Made by a program: the position numbers and the translations under genes
Notes under the pieces: model-generated
What the model saw: only the letters and a program-made list of their open reading frames with translations
The model's database searches: none
What the model was told of the DNA's origin: nothing
Part shown: positions 1 through 9,738 of the stretch, piece after piece
Layout: the number at the start of each line of letters is the position of its first letter
How positions within the stretch are numbered: the first letter of the stretch is position 1
Sequence record: SRR31156797_4838
Direction: 5' to 3' (one strand)
Length of the DNA: 54,527 nt

Positions 1-1
1 C

Positions 2-637
2 ATCATCAGCGCCGAGACCTCGGGCTGGTTCACCAAACCCATTAACTCTCCTGAGGATCTGAAGGGCATCAAAATGCGCATCGCTGGCATTGGCGGAAAA
101 GTCGTGACAAAATTAGGTGTGGCCGTCACCATGCTGCCAGCAGGTGAGATCTTCCAGGCCCTGGAAAAAGGCTTGATCGATGCCACGGAATTTTCCCAGC
201 CGGTGTGCGACGTTCCTTTGGGCTTCCACAAGGTTGCTAAATACAACTACTTTCCCGGATGGCACCAGCCCTCCACCGTGCAAGAACTGTTGATCAACAA
301 GGACGTATGGAACCAGTTGGATGACCAGCAAAAGTCATTGATTGAAACCACCTGTATGGCCGCAACCCTTTACTCCTTAGCCCTGAGCGACGGCATGCAG
401 GGCAAGGTGCTTCGTGATAATACCGAAAAGCACGGTGTCAAAGCCATGTATTGGTCTGACGAAATGCTGGCTGCCTTTGAGAGCGCCTGGTATGAAGTGG
501 CTGCCGAGGAAGCCGCCAAAGACGAAATGTTCGATAAAGTCTGGAAGGATATCCAGAAATTCCGCGCTGACTATAAAGAATGGGCCTCTGTTGGCTTTTT
601 ACCCCGCCCCGCCCCCCCTACACCAAGCAGCGACTAA
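2..637 (+). CDS. dctP: TRAP transporter substrate-binding protein (DctP/TakP-like), 5' truncated by the window edge
   Basis: Frame is open from base 2 (ETSGWFTKPINSPEDLKGIKMRI...ALEKGLIDATEF...YNYFPGWHQP), with typical DctP motifs. Followed by dctQ and dctM. Confidence 0.9.
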   Translation: MISAETSGWFTKPINSPEDLKGIKMRIAGIGGKVVTKLGVAVTMLPAGEIFQALEKGLIDATEFSQPVCDVPLGFHKVAKYNYFPGWHQPSTVQELLINKDVWNQLDDQQKSLIETTCMAATLYSLALSDGMQGKVLRDNTEKHGVKAMYWSDEMLAAFESAWYEVAAEEAAKDEMFDKVWKDIQKFRADYKEWASVGFLPRPAPPTPSSD

Positions 638-650
638 TCCGATGCTAAAC

Positions 651-675
651 GACCAGGCCTCTGTCCGGCCTGGTC
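651..675 (+). terminator. Intergenic stem-loop after dctP
   Basis: GACCAGGCC-tctgtcc-GGCCTGGTC inverted repeat with a weak U tail; may be an mRNA-stabilising hairpin. Confidence 0.5.
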
Positions 676-705
676 GCCTTTAACCCTGATGAAAGGATGT
701 TTCCC

Positions 706-1266
706 ATGAACAGCCCCCCAACCCCGCAGAGGTCCCACAGCCTCTTTGTATTTGTCAGGGGTATAGAAAAGCTGGTTGTCGGCATTGGTAAGACTGTGGC
801 CTGGCTCAACCTGCTGCTGGTGGGTGTTATTCTGATTCAGGTAAGCATGCGCTACATTTTCAATTACAACTCGGTGGCCTTGGAAGAGTTGCAGTGGCAC
901 CTGTACGGTGTAGGTATCATGATGGGCTTGTCTTATGCCCTGACCACCAATAACCACGTCCGTCTGGACCTTTTCCACGCCAGATTCAGCCGCACCACCA
1001 AGGCATGGATCGACATAGTAGGGTTAATCATCCTGGTCCTGCCCTGGTGCTATGTGGTGATCAGCCATGGAGTGGACTTTGTATCTGCTGCATGGCGGGT
1101 GGGTGAACGCTCTAACTCTCCGGGTGGTCTGTGCTGTTACTGGATCATCAAATCTGTTTTACCCATCAGCTTTGGTTTGTTCTTTTTGGCAGCCCTGGCC
1201 CGCATTGCCCGAGCTGCCCTCTATTTGGCCGGAAGTGAAGAAAGGAACCCGCAGCATGGAGCCTAA
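706..1266 (+). CDS. dctQ: TRAP transporter small permease
   Basis: Four hydrophobic segments, EELQWHLY and HVRLDLF motifs. ATG 706 follows AAAGGA. Confidence 0.9.
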   Translation: MNSPPTPQRSHSLFVFVRGIEKLVVGIGKTVAWLNLLLVGVILIQVSMRYIFNYNSVALEELQWHLYGVGIMMGLSYALTTNNHVRLDLFHARFSRTTKAWIDIVGLIILVLPWCYVVISHGVDFVSAAWRVGERSNSPGGLCCYWIIKSVLPISFGLFFLAALARIARAALYLAGSEERNPQHGA

Positions 1267-2647
1267 CAATATTCTGGTCATCGCCATGATGCTGACCTTT
1301 ATAGGTCTGCTGTTCACCGGATTTCCCATTGCCCTGATTTTAGGGGGGGTGGCCATGCTGTTTACCCTGGTGGGCTATCTTTCCGATATGTATCTGGACA
1401 CCATGACTGGCCTGGATTTTATGGCCATCGGAATGGTGGTAAACCGCATGTTTGCCACCATGAGCAATTGGATCATGGTGGCGCTGCCCATGTTTATTTT
1501 CATGGGCCTTATGCTGGATCGTTCCGGCATTGCTGAAAAAATGATGCACAGCATACAGGCGCTTTTCGGCAGGGTACGCGGAGGGCTTGCGGTTACCGTC
1601 ACCCTGATCGGGATTATCCTGGCGGCCAGCACCGGTATCATCGGTGCATCAGTAGTACTTTTAGGGCTTTTGAGCCTGCCGGTCATGCTCAAGCAGGGGT
1701 ATTCCAAGACCCTGTCCATCGGCACGATTTGCGGCGCGGGTACACTGGGCATCCTGATTCCCCCCAGTATCATGCTGGTCATGATGGCCGACCGCCTTGG
1801 CCTGTCCGTGGGCGACCTGTTTATGGGGGCACTGTTTCCAGGCCTGCTTTTGGGTACTCTTTATATTGTTTATATTTTAGTCCTGGCGCTGATCAAACCA
1901 GGTGAGGCCCCTTTGCCGGAAGCCCAGGCCGATACTAAGGTTGATGTCTGGCTTGTGCTCAAGGTGCTGCAGACCTGTATTCCACCCGTCATCCTTATTT
2001 TCACGGTGTTGGGCAGTATCTTCTTTGGCGTTGCCACCCCTACGGAAGCCAGCGGCATTGGTGTCGTGGGCGCGTTAATCCTGACCGTGATCAACAGGCG
2101 AATGAGCCTGACAGTGCTTAAAGAAGTGGTCTATCAAACTTTCAGCACCACGGCTTATATTTTTGCGATCGTGCTCGGGGCCACCTGTTTTGCTCTGGTG
2201 CTCAGGGAGCTTGGCGGAGATGCGTTCGTTGAAAATGCCATAACCAGCCTGCCCCTGGGCCCTTATGGTCTGGTGGCTGTTATCCTGGGAGTGGTCTTTC
2301 TGCTGGGTTTTTTTCTGGACTGGATTGAGATCACCTTGATTATTCTGCCCCTCCTCGCACCTATCGTGCCCAATTTAGGCCTGGACATCGGCCACTGGCC
2401 CCATCTGGACAACCCAAGCCTGATTTGGTTTGCCATCCTGGTTGCGGTCACCCTGCAGACTTCCTTTCTCACGCCTCCGGTGGGGTTTGCCCTTTTCTAT
2501 CTTCGCGGGGTGTGTCCCCCAGAGATAGAGCTCCGCGATTTGTACATGGGGGTGATTCCCTTTATCATACTGCAGGTCGTTGGCCTTTTGCTGGTACTTT
2601 TCTGGCCCGAGCTGGTGCTATGGTTGCCTTCTGTTGCTTATCAGTAA
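1256..2647 (+). CDS. dctM: TRAP transporter large permease
   Basis: Polytopic protein with ALPMFIFMG, GTLGILIPPSI, ATPTEA and SFLTPPVG motifs. Start overlaps the dctQ end. Confidence 0.93.
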   Translation: MEPNNILVIAMMLTFIGLLFTGFPIALILGGVAMLFTLVGYLSDMYLDTMTGLDFMAIGMVVNRMFATMSNWIMVALPMFIFMGLMLDRSGIAEKMMHSIQALFGRVRGGLAVTVTLIGIILAASTGIIGASVVLLGLLSLPVMLKQGYSKTLSIGTICGAGTLGILIPPSIMLVMMADRLGLSVGDLFMGALFPGLLLGTLYIVYILVLALIKPGEAPLPEAQADTKVDVWLVLKVLQTCIPPVILIFTVLGSIFFGVATPTEASGIGVVGALILTVINRRMSLTVLKEVVYQTFSTTAYIFAIVLGATCFALVLRELGGDAFVENAITSLPLGPYGLVAVILGVVFLLGFFLDWIEITLIILPLLAPIVPNLGLDIGHWPHLDNPSLIWFAILVAVTLQTSFLTPPVGFALFYLRGVCPPEIELRDLYMGVIPFIILQVVGLLLVLFWPELVLWLPSVAYQ

Positions 2648-2650
2648 TGC

Positions 2651-2665
2651 TCACGGATTCAGGTT
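2651..2665. repeat. Isolated end of the CCTSAATCCRTGA inverted-repeat family
   Basis: TCACGGATTCAGGTT matches 4920-4934 (TCATGGATTCAGGTT) with one mismatch. It contains the TGA stop of the minus-strand lyase gene. Confidence 0.7.
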
Positions 2666-3876
2666 AAAACTTTTTGTATCGCTCTCGTCATCTGCTCAAG
2701 TCGAGTTTCCAAATCTCCTGTATATCCCAAAGCAACCCTGAGAAGTCCTGGAGATAATCCCATCTTCTGCTGGTCGTCAGGCTTGATCTCGGAAGATGTG
2801 GAGGAACCTGAACAGCTGATCAGCGTATCGAAATACCCAAGAGAAACGGCAATCATGCCGAAAGATTCTTCATTTTGAAGTACATCCATCAGCTCTTCTG
2901 CTTTTTCCCGCGTCTCACAGTCAATGGTCAGAATGCCACCTAAGCCATATCCGTCATTTCCCAAATTTTTAGCTTTTTCATGCTGGGGATGCTCCGGTAG
3001 GCCAGGATAGCAAACCTTGACGTTCATCTCTTTAAGCATTTGCGCCATTGCTTGGCCTCTTCTACTGTGCTCACGCATACGGATGGGCAAATGAGGAATC
3101 CGCTGCAGGACATCAAAAGCCACACGAGGATCCATTGTCGGGCCCAGTAGCATAATGCGGCCGGTATGAAGATCCATTAACTCCTGGATAAAGGATTTAT
3201 CTGCGCAGACTGCGCCTGCGATCAGGTCACTGGCTCCGTTGATGTACTTTGTCAACGAATAAACCACCACATCGGCACCTAGGTTTTTTGGGGTGAAAAT
3301 CAGCGGTGAAAATGTATTATCTACAACCAACTTGATATCTTTTTTGTGTGCTATTTCAGCAAGCGCAGGGATATCAGCAATCTTGAGGGTAGGGTTGCCC
3401 ATAGTTTCAGTGTAAATCACTTTTGTTTCTTCTGTAATTGCGGCCTTGACCATTTCAAGATTCGTAATATCCACAAAAGTAGTATTGATGTTCATCTGGG
3501 GCAGAAGGGATTCAAATAAGGCATGAGTTCCTCCATAGATACTTTCACTAGCCACGATATGGTCGCCGCTATGGCAGATTTGCAGGATAGCGCAGGATAT
3601 GGCAGACATGCCGCTGGCCGTGCAGATAGCAGCTTCAGTATTTTCCATTGCAGCAAGATAACGGGAGAGAACATCCACTGTAGGATTGAAGTGACGACTG
3701 TACAAAAAGCACCCACCTTCTTCAGGTCCCTTGAGGCCGTCAAAAATTTCCGGCATGGTTTTAGGGTGCATGACCGTAAATGTGGAAGATCGTGAAATGG
3801 ATGGGGCAACACCACCGTGTTCTCCGAATTCTCTACGTGCTTTTAGCAGTGCATGTTCAGGGCTGTAAGCTTCCAT
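2659..3876 (-). CDS. Cys/Met metabolism PLP-dependent lyase (methionine gamma-lyase-like)
   Basis: YSRHFNPT, ASGMSAI, VVDNTF and SLTKYINGASD (PLP lysine) motifs. GAGG precedes ATG 3876. Confidence 0.88.
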   Translation of the reverse strand: MEAYSPEHALLKARREFGEHGGVAPSISRSSTFTVMHPKTMPEIFDGLKGPEEGGCFLYSRHFNPTVDVLSRYLAAMENTEAAICTASGMSAISCAILQICHSGDHIVASESIYGGTHALFESLLPQMNINTTFVDITNLEMVKAAITEETKVIYTETMGNPTLKIADIPALAEIAHKKDIKLVVDNTFSPLIFTPKNLGADVVVYSLTKYINGASDLIAGAVCADKSFIQELMDLHTGRIMLLGPTMDPRVAFDVLQRIPHLPIRMREHSRRGQAMAQMLKEMNVKVCYPGLPEHPQHEKAKNLGNDGYGLGGILTIDCETREKAEELMDVLQNEESFGMIAVSLGYFDTLISCSGSSTSSEIKPDDQQKMGLSPGLLRVALGYTGDLETRLEQMTRAIQKVLT

Positions 3877-3994
3877 GGTTAACCTCAGGTGACTCATTGG
3901 AATGAAATATTTAATGGGGAATTTACCAATTAATTAGAGGAATATCCTTGCTTTTTTCACTTGATATAGGGCATAAAAGGGAGGATTATTTCAC

Positions 3995-4510
3995 ATGCAG
4001 CCGTATAGGAGAAAGAAATTGCCCAAGCATACAATTGATGAAACAGATTGCGCCATACTTAACCTGCTGCAAGAAGACGGTCGAGCATCCAATGTGAAAC
4101 TGGCAGAGGCCCTTAATTTGAGTGAAACACCCTGTTGGCGTAGACTTAAACGCCTTGAAGAAGTGGGGTACATTCAGGCCTATCAAGCCAACCTGGATCG
4201 CAAGCTTTTAGGTTTTGGGGTATTGGCTTTTGTGGAAATCAGTTTTTCCACGCATACAGAGGAAACTTTGGTGAAATTTGAACAGGCTGTTCAGGAGATT
4301 CCGGAAGTCTTATTTTGTCACAATATTTCAGGAGAGTCAGACTATCTGCTTCAGGTTGTGACTGAAAACTTGGAGTCGTATGAAAAATTATCACGAAATG
4401 TTATCCGACGGCTTCCAGGTGTAACGTCGGTAAAAACGAGTTTCACTTTAAAAGAAATAAAAGCGTCGACAAAACTGCCGGTATCTACTCGCGGTCCGCT
4501 ATTGCTTTGA
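3995..4510 (+). CDS. Lrp/AsnC family transcriptional regulator
   Basis: IDETDCAILNLLQEDGRASN...LSETPCWRRLKRLE HTH plus RAM domain. Divergent from the lyase gene. Confidence 0.92.
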   Translation: MQPYRRKKLPKHTIDETDCAILNLLQEDGRASNVKLAEALNLSETPCWRRLKRLEEVGYIQAYQANLDRKLLGFGVLAFVEISFSTHTEETLVKFEQAVQEIPEVLFCHNISGESDYLLQVVTENLESYEKLSRNVIRRLPGVTSVKTSFTLKEIKASTKLPVSTRGPLLL

Positions 4511-4775
4511 GGGGTCGAGCGATCAGTTCTTCTTTTTTTGTTCCGGCAGATGTAACACTGTTTTTATGTATCGTGGCGCTCGCAGTTTTATTCCTTTTTA
4601 TACCTGCCCGCTTTAAAGCCATCAAACAACTACCCATACCACTGGTTTCCTGTCTCCTGGAATTTCCGCCTTGCCGGCAATTACTATTTTTAAAGAATCA
4701 TTGTCCTTGATTAGAGTAGCGGGTATCTTTCTGACAATTTTTAGCGTTGCTCTGTCAAAATGCTCTTAGTTTCCA

Positions 4776-4932
4776 CTGAATCCGTGACAGCTTAAAGCCT
4801 GAGTTTGAGTAAGCGTCAATTTCATGAACAGTTAACTCAAGCGACTTTAGTAAACTCAGGCGCACCTAGCCAGCCTGCGGGGTGTCCGAAAACGGCGCAT
4901 CTGAACTGTCTTTGAACGTTCATGGATTCAGG
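4776..4932. mobile_element. MITE/REP-like non-autonomous element (~157 bp)
   Basis: Terminal inverted repeats CTGAATCCGTGA (4776-4787) and TCATGGATTCAG (4920-4931). Internal IR GCCTGAGTTT (4797-4806) / AAACTCAGGC (4852-4861). No coding capacity. Confidence 0.65.
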
Positions 4933-4961
4933 TTTCTATAATATCAGGTGGAGATCAAATC

Positions 4962-6137
4962 ATGTTAAATAACTTATCTAGTATGGCTGGAGACCCTTTA
5001 TGGGAGCTGATTAGCCTGTTTAATCAAGACAATCGGCAAGAAAAAGTAGACTTGATTGTCGGCGTTTATCGGGATGAAACAGGAGTAACTCCCGTTATGC
5101 AGGTTGTGAAGGACGCTGAACACGAATTAGCAAAACAAGCAAAATCAAAGTGTTATGGTGAGTTATCCGGTAATCTGAAGTTTAATGATCAGATAGCAGG
5201 GTTTCTGCTGGGTGAAAGTAAAAATCTTGACCGGCAGTGTACCATTCAAACGGTGGGCGGTACTGGTGCTTTGCGATTGCTCGCTGAGTTTATTGCGCGC
5301 CTCTCCCCCAATTCTACTATCTGGAACACCGATCCAGGCTACATCAATCACAAGCCCATAATGGAGAGTGTTGGTCTTACAATAAAGCCATTTCGATGGC
5401 AGCAGAAAGCAGGAAAACTTGATATTCAAGCGTGTCTTGCCGATTTGGAAAATGCCTGTGAGGGTGATGTCGTATTGCTCCATGGGTGTTGCCATAATCC
5501 AACCGGAATTGACCCAACCTCTGAGCACTGGCAACAGTTTGCGGATGTCTTTCAAACAAAGGGCATTGTTCCACTTGTCGATATTGCCTATCAGGGATTA
5601 GCCGGAGACCCAGACAAGGATGCAGCAGGATTAAGATTGTTTACGGAGCAACTGGACTTGGTTCTTGTTGCCGCCAGTTGCTCAAAGAATATGGGGCTTT
5701 ACTGTGAACGAACCGGGGCTGCGATGATAGTAACACCTGACTCTAAGAAGTTACAAAGCATCCGTACCCTTCTGGAGTCTATTACCCGTGCAAACTACTC
5801 GATGCCGCCGGAACACGGCGCTGCTATTGCTAACTTGTTATTCGACAACCCCGTACCATGGTTGGATGAATTATCGGTTTATCGGAAGCGTATTAAGAAT
5901 ACTCGTCAGAAGTTGGGGACTATCCTGGCTGATCTCAACGCATCACCTGAGCTACAGGTAGTTTCGCAACAAAACGGTATGTTTTCCTTACTCCCTCTCA
6001 CCAAAGAACAGATGGTTGTGTTGCGAGAGAAGTATGCCATTTATGGGGTGCCCAATGGTCGTATCAATATTGCCGGTCTAAAACAATCGCAAATTGAGCC
6101 TCTGGCTGAAGCTCTCGTTGATGTTATGGATCAGTAA
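4962..6137 (+). CDS. tyrB: Aromatic amino acid / aspartate aminotransferase (TyrB/AspC class I)
   Basis: DLIVGVYRDE, QTVGGTGALR, HGCCHNPTG, DIAYQG, SCSKNMGLYCERTG and GRINIAG motifs. Confidence 0.88.
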   Translation: MLNNLSSMAGDPLWELISLFNQDNRQEKVDLIVGVYRDETGVTPVMQVVKDAEHELAKQAKSKCYGELSGNLKFNDQIAGFLLGESKNLDRQCTIQTVGGTGALRLLAEFIARLSPNSTIWNTDPGYINHKPIMESVGLTIKPFRWQQKAGKLDIQACLADLENACEGDVVLLHGCCHNPTGIDPTSEHWQQFADVFQTKGIVPLVDIAYQGLAGDPDKDAAGLRLFTEQLDLVLVAASCSKNMGLYCERTGAAMIVTPDSKKLQSIRTLLESITRANYSMPPEHGAAIANLLFDNPVPWLDELSVYRKRIKNTRQKLGTILADLNASPELQVVSQQNGMFSLLPLTKEQMVVLREKYAIYGVPNGRINIAGLKQSQIEPLAEALVDVMDQ

Positions 6138-6262
6138 AAAAAGAAAATTGATAGATTAAACCGTTGATATAGGGGGTAAATGCACAGGGCTTGTGCTCGC
6201 CTTTTCTCGTGAAGTGTCAGATCCAATAGCAAATTAGCTGAGGTTTACCTCCTTCTTGATAA

Positions 6263-6308
6263 CCTCAATCCGTGATAGTTTATATTAATCAATTGTCACG
6301 GATTGAGG
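6263..6308. repeat. Mini palindromic element of the same repeat family; may also act as a terminator
   Basis: CCTCAATCCGTGA...TCACGGATTGAGG perfect 13-bp IR with an AT-rich spacer. Arms match the 4776 element end. Confidence 0.7.
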
Positions 6309-6437
6309 ACGTAGAAAGAGTTTCCCTCGACCAAGGCTAATTGATGGGAAATATCATAATTGAAGCCCATAATACGGTCGATGGAGAGTAATAAAAAGGG
6401 AGGTATCCTTTATTTATTACACTTTCTATTTGTCTTG

Positions 6438-7142
6438 TTATGCATTGTTGTCAGCTTCAAACCAACGGTAAACCAGGCCGGCTAAGATGGCCCCCACAAT
6501 AGGAGCAATCCAAAACAGCCATAATTGAGAAATTGCCCAGCCTCCCTGGAAGAGAGCAACGCCAGTGCTTCTGGCTGGATTCACTGATGTATTGGTAACT
6601 GGAATACTGATAAGGTGTATAAGAGTAAGGCCAAGACCAATAGCGATAGGAGCAAATCCTTGTGGTGCGCGCTTATCGGTTGCGCCCAATATAATTATGA
6701 GAAACATGAAGGTCATAACTATTTCGGTTACCAGCGCAGCCATCAGGGTATACCCGCCGGGTGAGTGTTCTCCGTAACCATTGGATGCAAAGCCTGAAGC
6801 AGCGGCATCAAAACCTGCCTGTCCTGTTGCAATAACGTACAATATCGCCGCACCAGCAAGACCACCTGCTACTTGTGCAATAATGTAGGGGCCAAGCTCA
6901 GCAGTCGAGAACCTGCCTCCAGACCAAAGACCTAACGAAACCGCAGGGTTAAGGTGGCAACCGGATATATGACCAATAGCAAATGCCATTGTCAGTACCG
7001 TAAGTCCGAAAGCAAAGGAAACTCCCAATAAGCCAATACCTACATTGGGGAAAGCAGCAGCAAGGACAGCACTTCCGCAACCTCCCAGCACGAGCCATAA
7101 TGTACCAATAAATTCTGCGCCTAATTTTTTGGTTAATGTCAT
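6438..7142 (-). CDS. aqpZ: Aquaporin Z
   Basis: Two NPA motifs ([20 protein letters not shown]) and the NGYGEHSPG loop. Confidence 0.96.
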   Translation of the reverse strand: MTLTKKLGAEFIGTLWLVLGGCGSAVLAAAFPNVGIGLLGVSFAFGLTVLTMAFAIGHISGCHLNPAVSLGLWSGGRFSTAELGPYIIAQVAGGLAGAAILYVIATGQAGFDAAASGFASNGYGEHSPGGYTLMAALVTEIVMTFMFLIIILGATDKRAPQGFAPIAIGLGLTLIHLISIPVTNTSVNPARSTGVALFQGGWAISQLWLFWIAPIVGAILAGLVYRWFEADNNA

Positions 7143-7684
7143 TTTTTGCTCCTTTGATTGAATGATTAAAGCTTGGGCGAACGTGATGGTCTGTTGAAAT
7201 TATGTGTTTTGCAATCAGAATATTTTTTAGCCGAAAAATGCCAGCCAATGAGCACATTACACTACCGATGAGATATTTTTGGTAATTCTTCAGTAAGTTT
7301 TTGTCACCGGTTTTCGCATAATATGACTTCTATAGTTAATGGTGGGCATTGCAGTTAATTTTTGTGTAACTTTATAGGGTGACTTGGAAATTCTGTTGTA
7401 AAATATACTCCCTTAAATGGATCGCTGGCCTTTTACTGGATACCATTAGCACGTACTCGCATGACAATGTTGATTATAGCGCGCTGATCCGCGACTTGTT
7501 GTGTGTTTGCAAGGTTTTGGGATAATTTCCTCAAGTGTTTGTGACGCTATCATGTTAATAATAAAGAGATAATCTCATAATTTCACTATATCGGTATACT
7601 GGGAAAGGCTGGTGTAAACAAGCGAAATTGACAGTTTTTGATAATTGCTGGAGTGTTATTTGGTTGGAAAGGAACAAGAGTGAT

Positions 7685-7858
7685 ATGAGTAAGCCGATAA
7701 TAAAGTACTGCGCAGGTTGTGGGATAGAGATCGACACAGAAGTAGATCAACTGGTAGTGGCAGACAATCAGTCGTTTTGTATCTGGTGCTGGAGCAACGA
7801 TTGTTGTCGGGTCAGTAGGGATGCTGCAGAAGCAAAAGAACAGGAAGCAGAAAAGTAA
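7685..7858 (+). CDS. Small Cys-rich protein, putative zinc finger (57 aa)
   Basis: MSKPIIKYCAGCG...FCIWCWSNDCC: CxxC-x19-CxxC plus CC, with a charged tail. Purine-rich GGAAAGGAACAAGAG upstream. Confidence 0.55.
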   Translation: MSKPIIKYCAGCGIEIDTEVDQLVVADNQSFCIWCWSNDCCRVSRDAAEAKEQEAEK

Positions 7859-7864
7859 AAGGAG

Positions 7865-8896
7865 CTAAAAGTAATGGACAGCCTCCGGGTGGAATCCAAA
7901 ATAAACCTGCTTTCCGATGGTTAAGTTCTTGTCCTTGCTGTTGCCTTTGTTGCCATGCACGAGGAATGTTTCTCCCTCGCTCTCGATGGTCATCTCACAA
8001 CCAAATCCTTGTAGCGTCATGGATTGGAGGGTTCCTTTGCCAACCTTGAATCCATCAGGAAAAGAAGGGGTCGGCCAGACGGTGATGTCCTCTGGGCGCA
8101 GACCTATGGTTTTATTCGTTAATTGATTATTTGTTTCCAGGCTGATCCCGGCAAGACGCACTTTTTTCCCTTCCCATGGTGGGGTGAAAATATTCTGCAT
8201 GCCGACAAATTCACCGACTGCTCTGTTTTTAGGGCGCTGAAAGACTTCTTCCACCGTACCAGTCTGCTCCAATTTTCCTTTACTGAGCACACCCACTGTA
8301 TCAGCCAGATAAAAGGCCTCGTTGAAATCGTGGGTTACCATGAGAAAGGTTGTTGCGAGCGTTTCATGTAGCTGCCGGAGTAACCGTTGGATCTCGCTGC
8401 GGAAACAGGGATCTATTGCTGAAAGTGGCTCGTCCAGCAGGAGTACCCGAGGTTGGATGGCCAGGGCGCGAGCTAGAGCCACCCGTTGTTTTTCTCCCCC
8501 AGAAAGTTTAGTGGTCGATTTCTTAAGATGGCGAGAGAGTCCCAGTGTATCGATAATTAGGGCCAGAGCTTCCTGGCTTGCTTTGCTGTTGTTTTTTTTG
8601 TAGCGGAGACCGAACTCAATGTTTTCCTGCACGCTAAGGTGTGGGAAAAGTGCCTGGTCCTGGTACACAATACCGACTTGACGATTTTCAGGAGCTACTC
8701 GGGTAACATCTTTGCCAAATAAAAATATATCTCCACTATGGGGTTTCTGCAGTCCAGCGATAGATTCCAGGATGACCGTCTTGCCGGACCCGGTAGGGCC
8801 AAGGAGAATGAAAAATTCCTGCTGCTCTATGTGCAGGTCGATCGGTCCCAGGGTAAAGTTGGGAAACGTGCAGGTGAGGTTGTTAATTCGAATCAA
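7865..8896 (-). CDS. wtpC: Tungstate/molybdate ABC transporter ATPase
   Basis: Walker A GPTGSGKT, LSGGEKQR, LLLDEP and a C-terminal TOBE-like region. TTG start overlaps the permease stop. Confidence 0.85.
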   Translation of the reverse strand: MIRINNLTCTFPNFTLGPIDLHIEQQEFFILLGPTGSGKTVILESIAGLQKPHSGDIFLFGKDVTRVAPENRQVGIVYQDQALFPHLSVQENIEFGLRYKKNNSKASQEALALIIDTLGLSRHLKKSTTKLSGGEKQRVALARALAIQPRVLLLDEPLSAIDPCFRSEIQRLLRQLHETLATTFLMVTHDFNEAFYLADTVGVLSKGKLEQTGTVEEVFQRPKNRAVGEFVGMQNIFTPPWEGKKVRLAGISLETNNQLTNKTIGLRPEDITVWPTPSFPDGFKVGKGTLQSMTLQGFGCEMTIESEGETFLVHGNKGNSKDKNLTIGKQVYFGFHPEAVHYF

Positions 8897-9687
8897 TTTT
8901 TCTTTCCAATCGGTGAGGAGACAATCCGTAAAAGCAGGAATAAACCCAGACAAATAAGGATAAGCCAAACAGCCACGGGCTGGGAATATTTGAGGCCGTA
9001 AGCTGTGAATCGCTCATACATGAGGACCGGTGCAATCATGGGGTGGTACGCGACAATAACCACCGCACCGAATTCGCTGATTGCTCTGGCCATGCTCATG
9101 ATAAAGCCTGTTGTCATGTGCCTCCAGGTCAAAGGGACGGTAATCCGAAAAAAAGTGGCACTTTGTCCGGCGCCGAGGCTTCTAGCTACCTGTTCCAGGC
9201 GGCAGGGGACTGCCTGGAAACCGGCCTTGGCAGTGTTAATGTAGAATGGCAGTGCTACAAAGGTGAGTACTGTTATGATGCCGGTTCTTGTGCCAAGGAG
9301 CTGGATGCCAATATTCTGGAAAGATTGTCCCAACCAGTGGTTTCTACCGGCAAGACTCAAGATAGCAATACCGATCACAGGGTGGGGAATCATTATTGGC
9401 AGGTCAATCATGGATTCAACAATCTTTTTACCTGTAAAATCGGTGCGGGCAAGCAGGTATGCCAGAGGGGTGCCGAAAATAAAAGAGAGAGCAGCTGCCG
9501 ATGCGGAACAGGAGAGCGAAAGCAAGATTGACGATCTGACCTCATCGTCGGCAATGGTTTCTCGCAGGTCGCTCAAGGAAGGTTGGGAAACCATTTCAAA
9601 AAGCGGCAGCAGGATAAAAAGCAGCACCATCATTCCTGCTGCTATGCAAAGTGGGGTAAAAAGGCCTGAATTGTACTTATGGGGCAA
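8893..9687 (-). CDS. wtpB: Tungstate/molybdate ABC transporter permease
   Basis: DLPIMIPH, EQVARSLGA (EAA loop) and ARAISEFGAV motifs. Confidence 0.85.
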   Translation of the reverse strand: MPHKYNSGLFTPLCIAAGMMVLLFILLPLFEMVSQPSLSDLRETIADDEVRSSILLSLSCSASAAALSFIFGTPLAYLLARTDFTGKKIVESMIDLPIMIPHPVIGIAILSLAGRNHWLGQSFQNIGIQLLGTRTGIITVLTFVALPFYINTAKAGFQAVPCRLEQVARSLGAGQSATFFRITVPLTWRHMTTGFIMSMARAISEFGAVVIVAYHPMIAPVLMYERFTAYGLKYSQPVAVWLILICLGLFLLLRIVSSPIGKKN

Positions 9688-9698
9688 AATCGTTCTCC

Positions 9699-9738
9699 GG
9701 TCGATCAGCCGGGAGGTCTAGGTCCCCGGCTGGTCGAC
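9699..9738 (-). other. Intercistronic stem-loop between wtpA and wtpB
   Basis: GTCGATCAGCCGGG...CCCGGCTGGTCGAC inverted repeat. Confidence 0.5.

Noticed and set aside
4507-4770. Short ORFs between lrp and the MITE-like element
   Set aside because: No SD or recognisable motif. Minus-strand frames are broken by stops, so at most an unidentifiable remnant.
4776-6308. Integron attC or CRISPR interpretation of the repeats
   Set aside because: No integrase, no RYYYAAC...GTTRRRY core pattern, and no regularly spaced direct repeats or cas genes.
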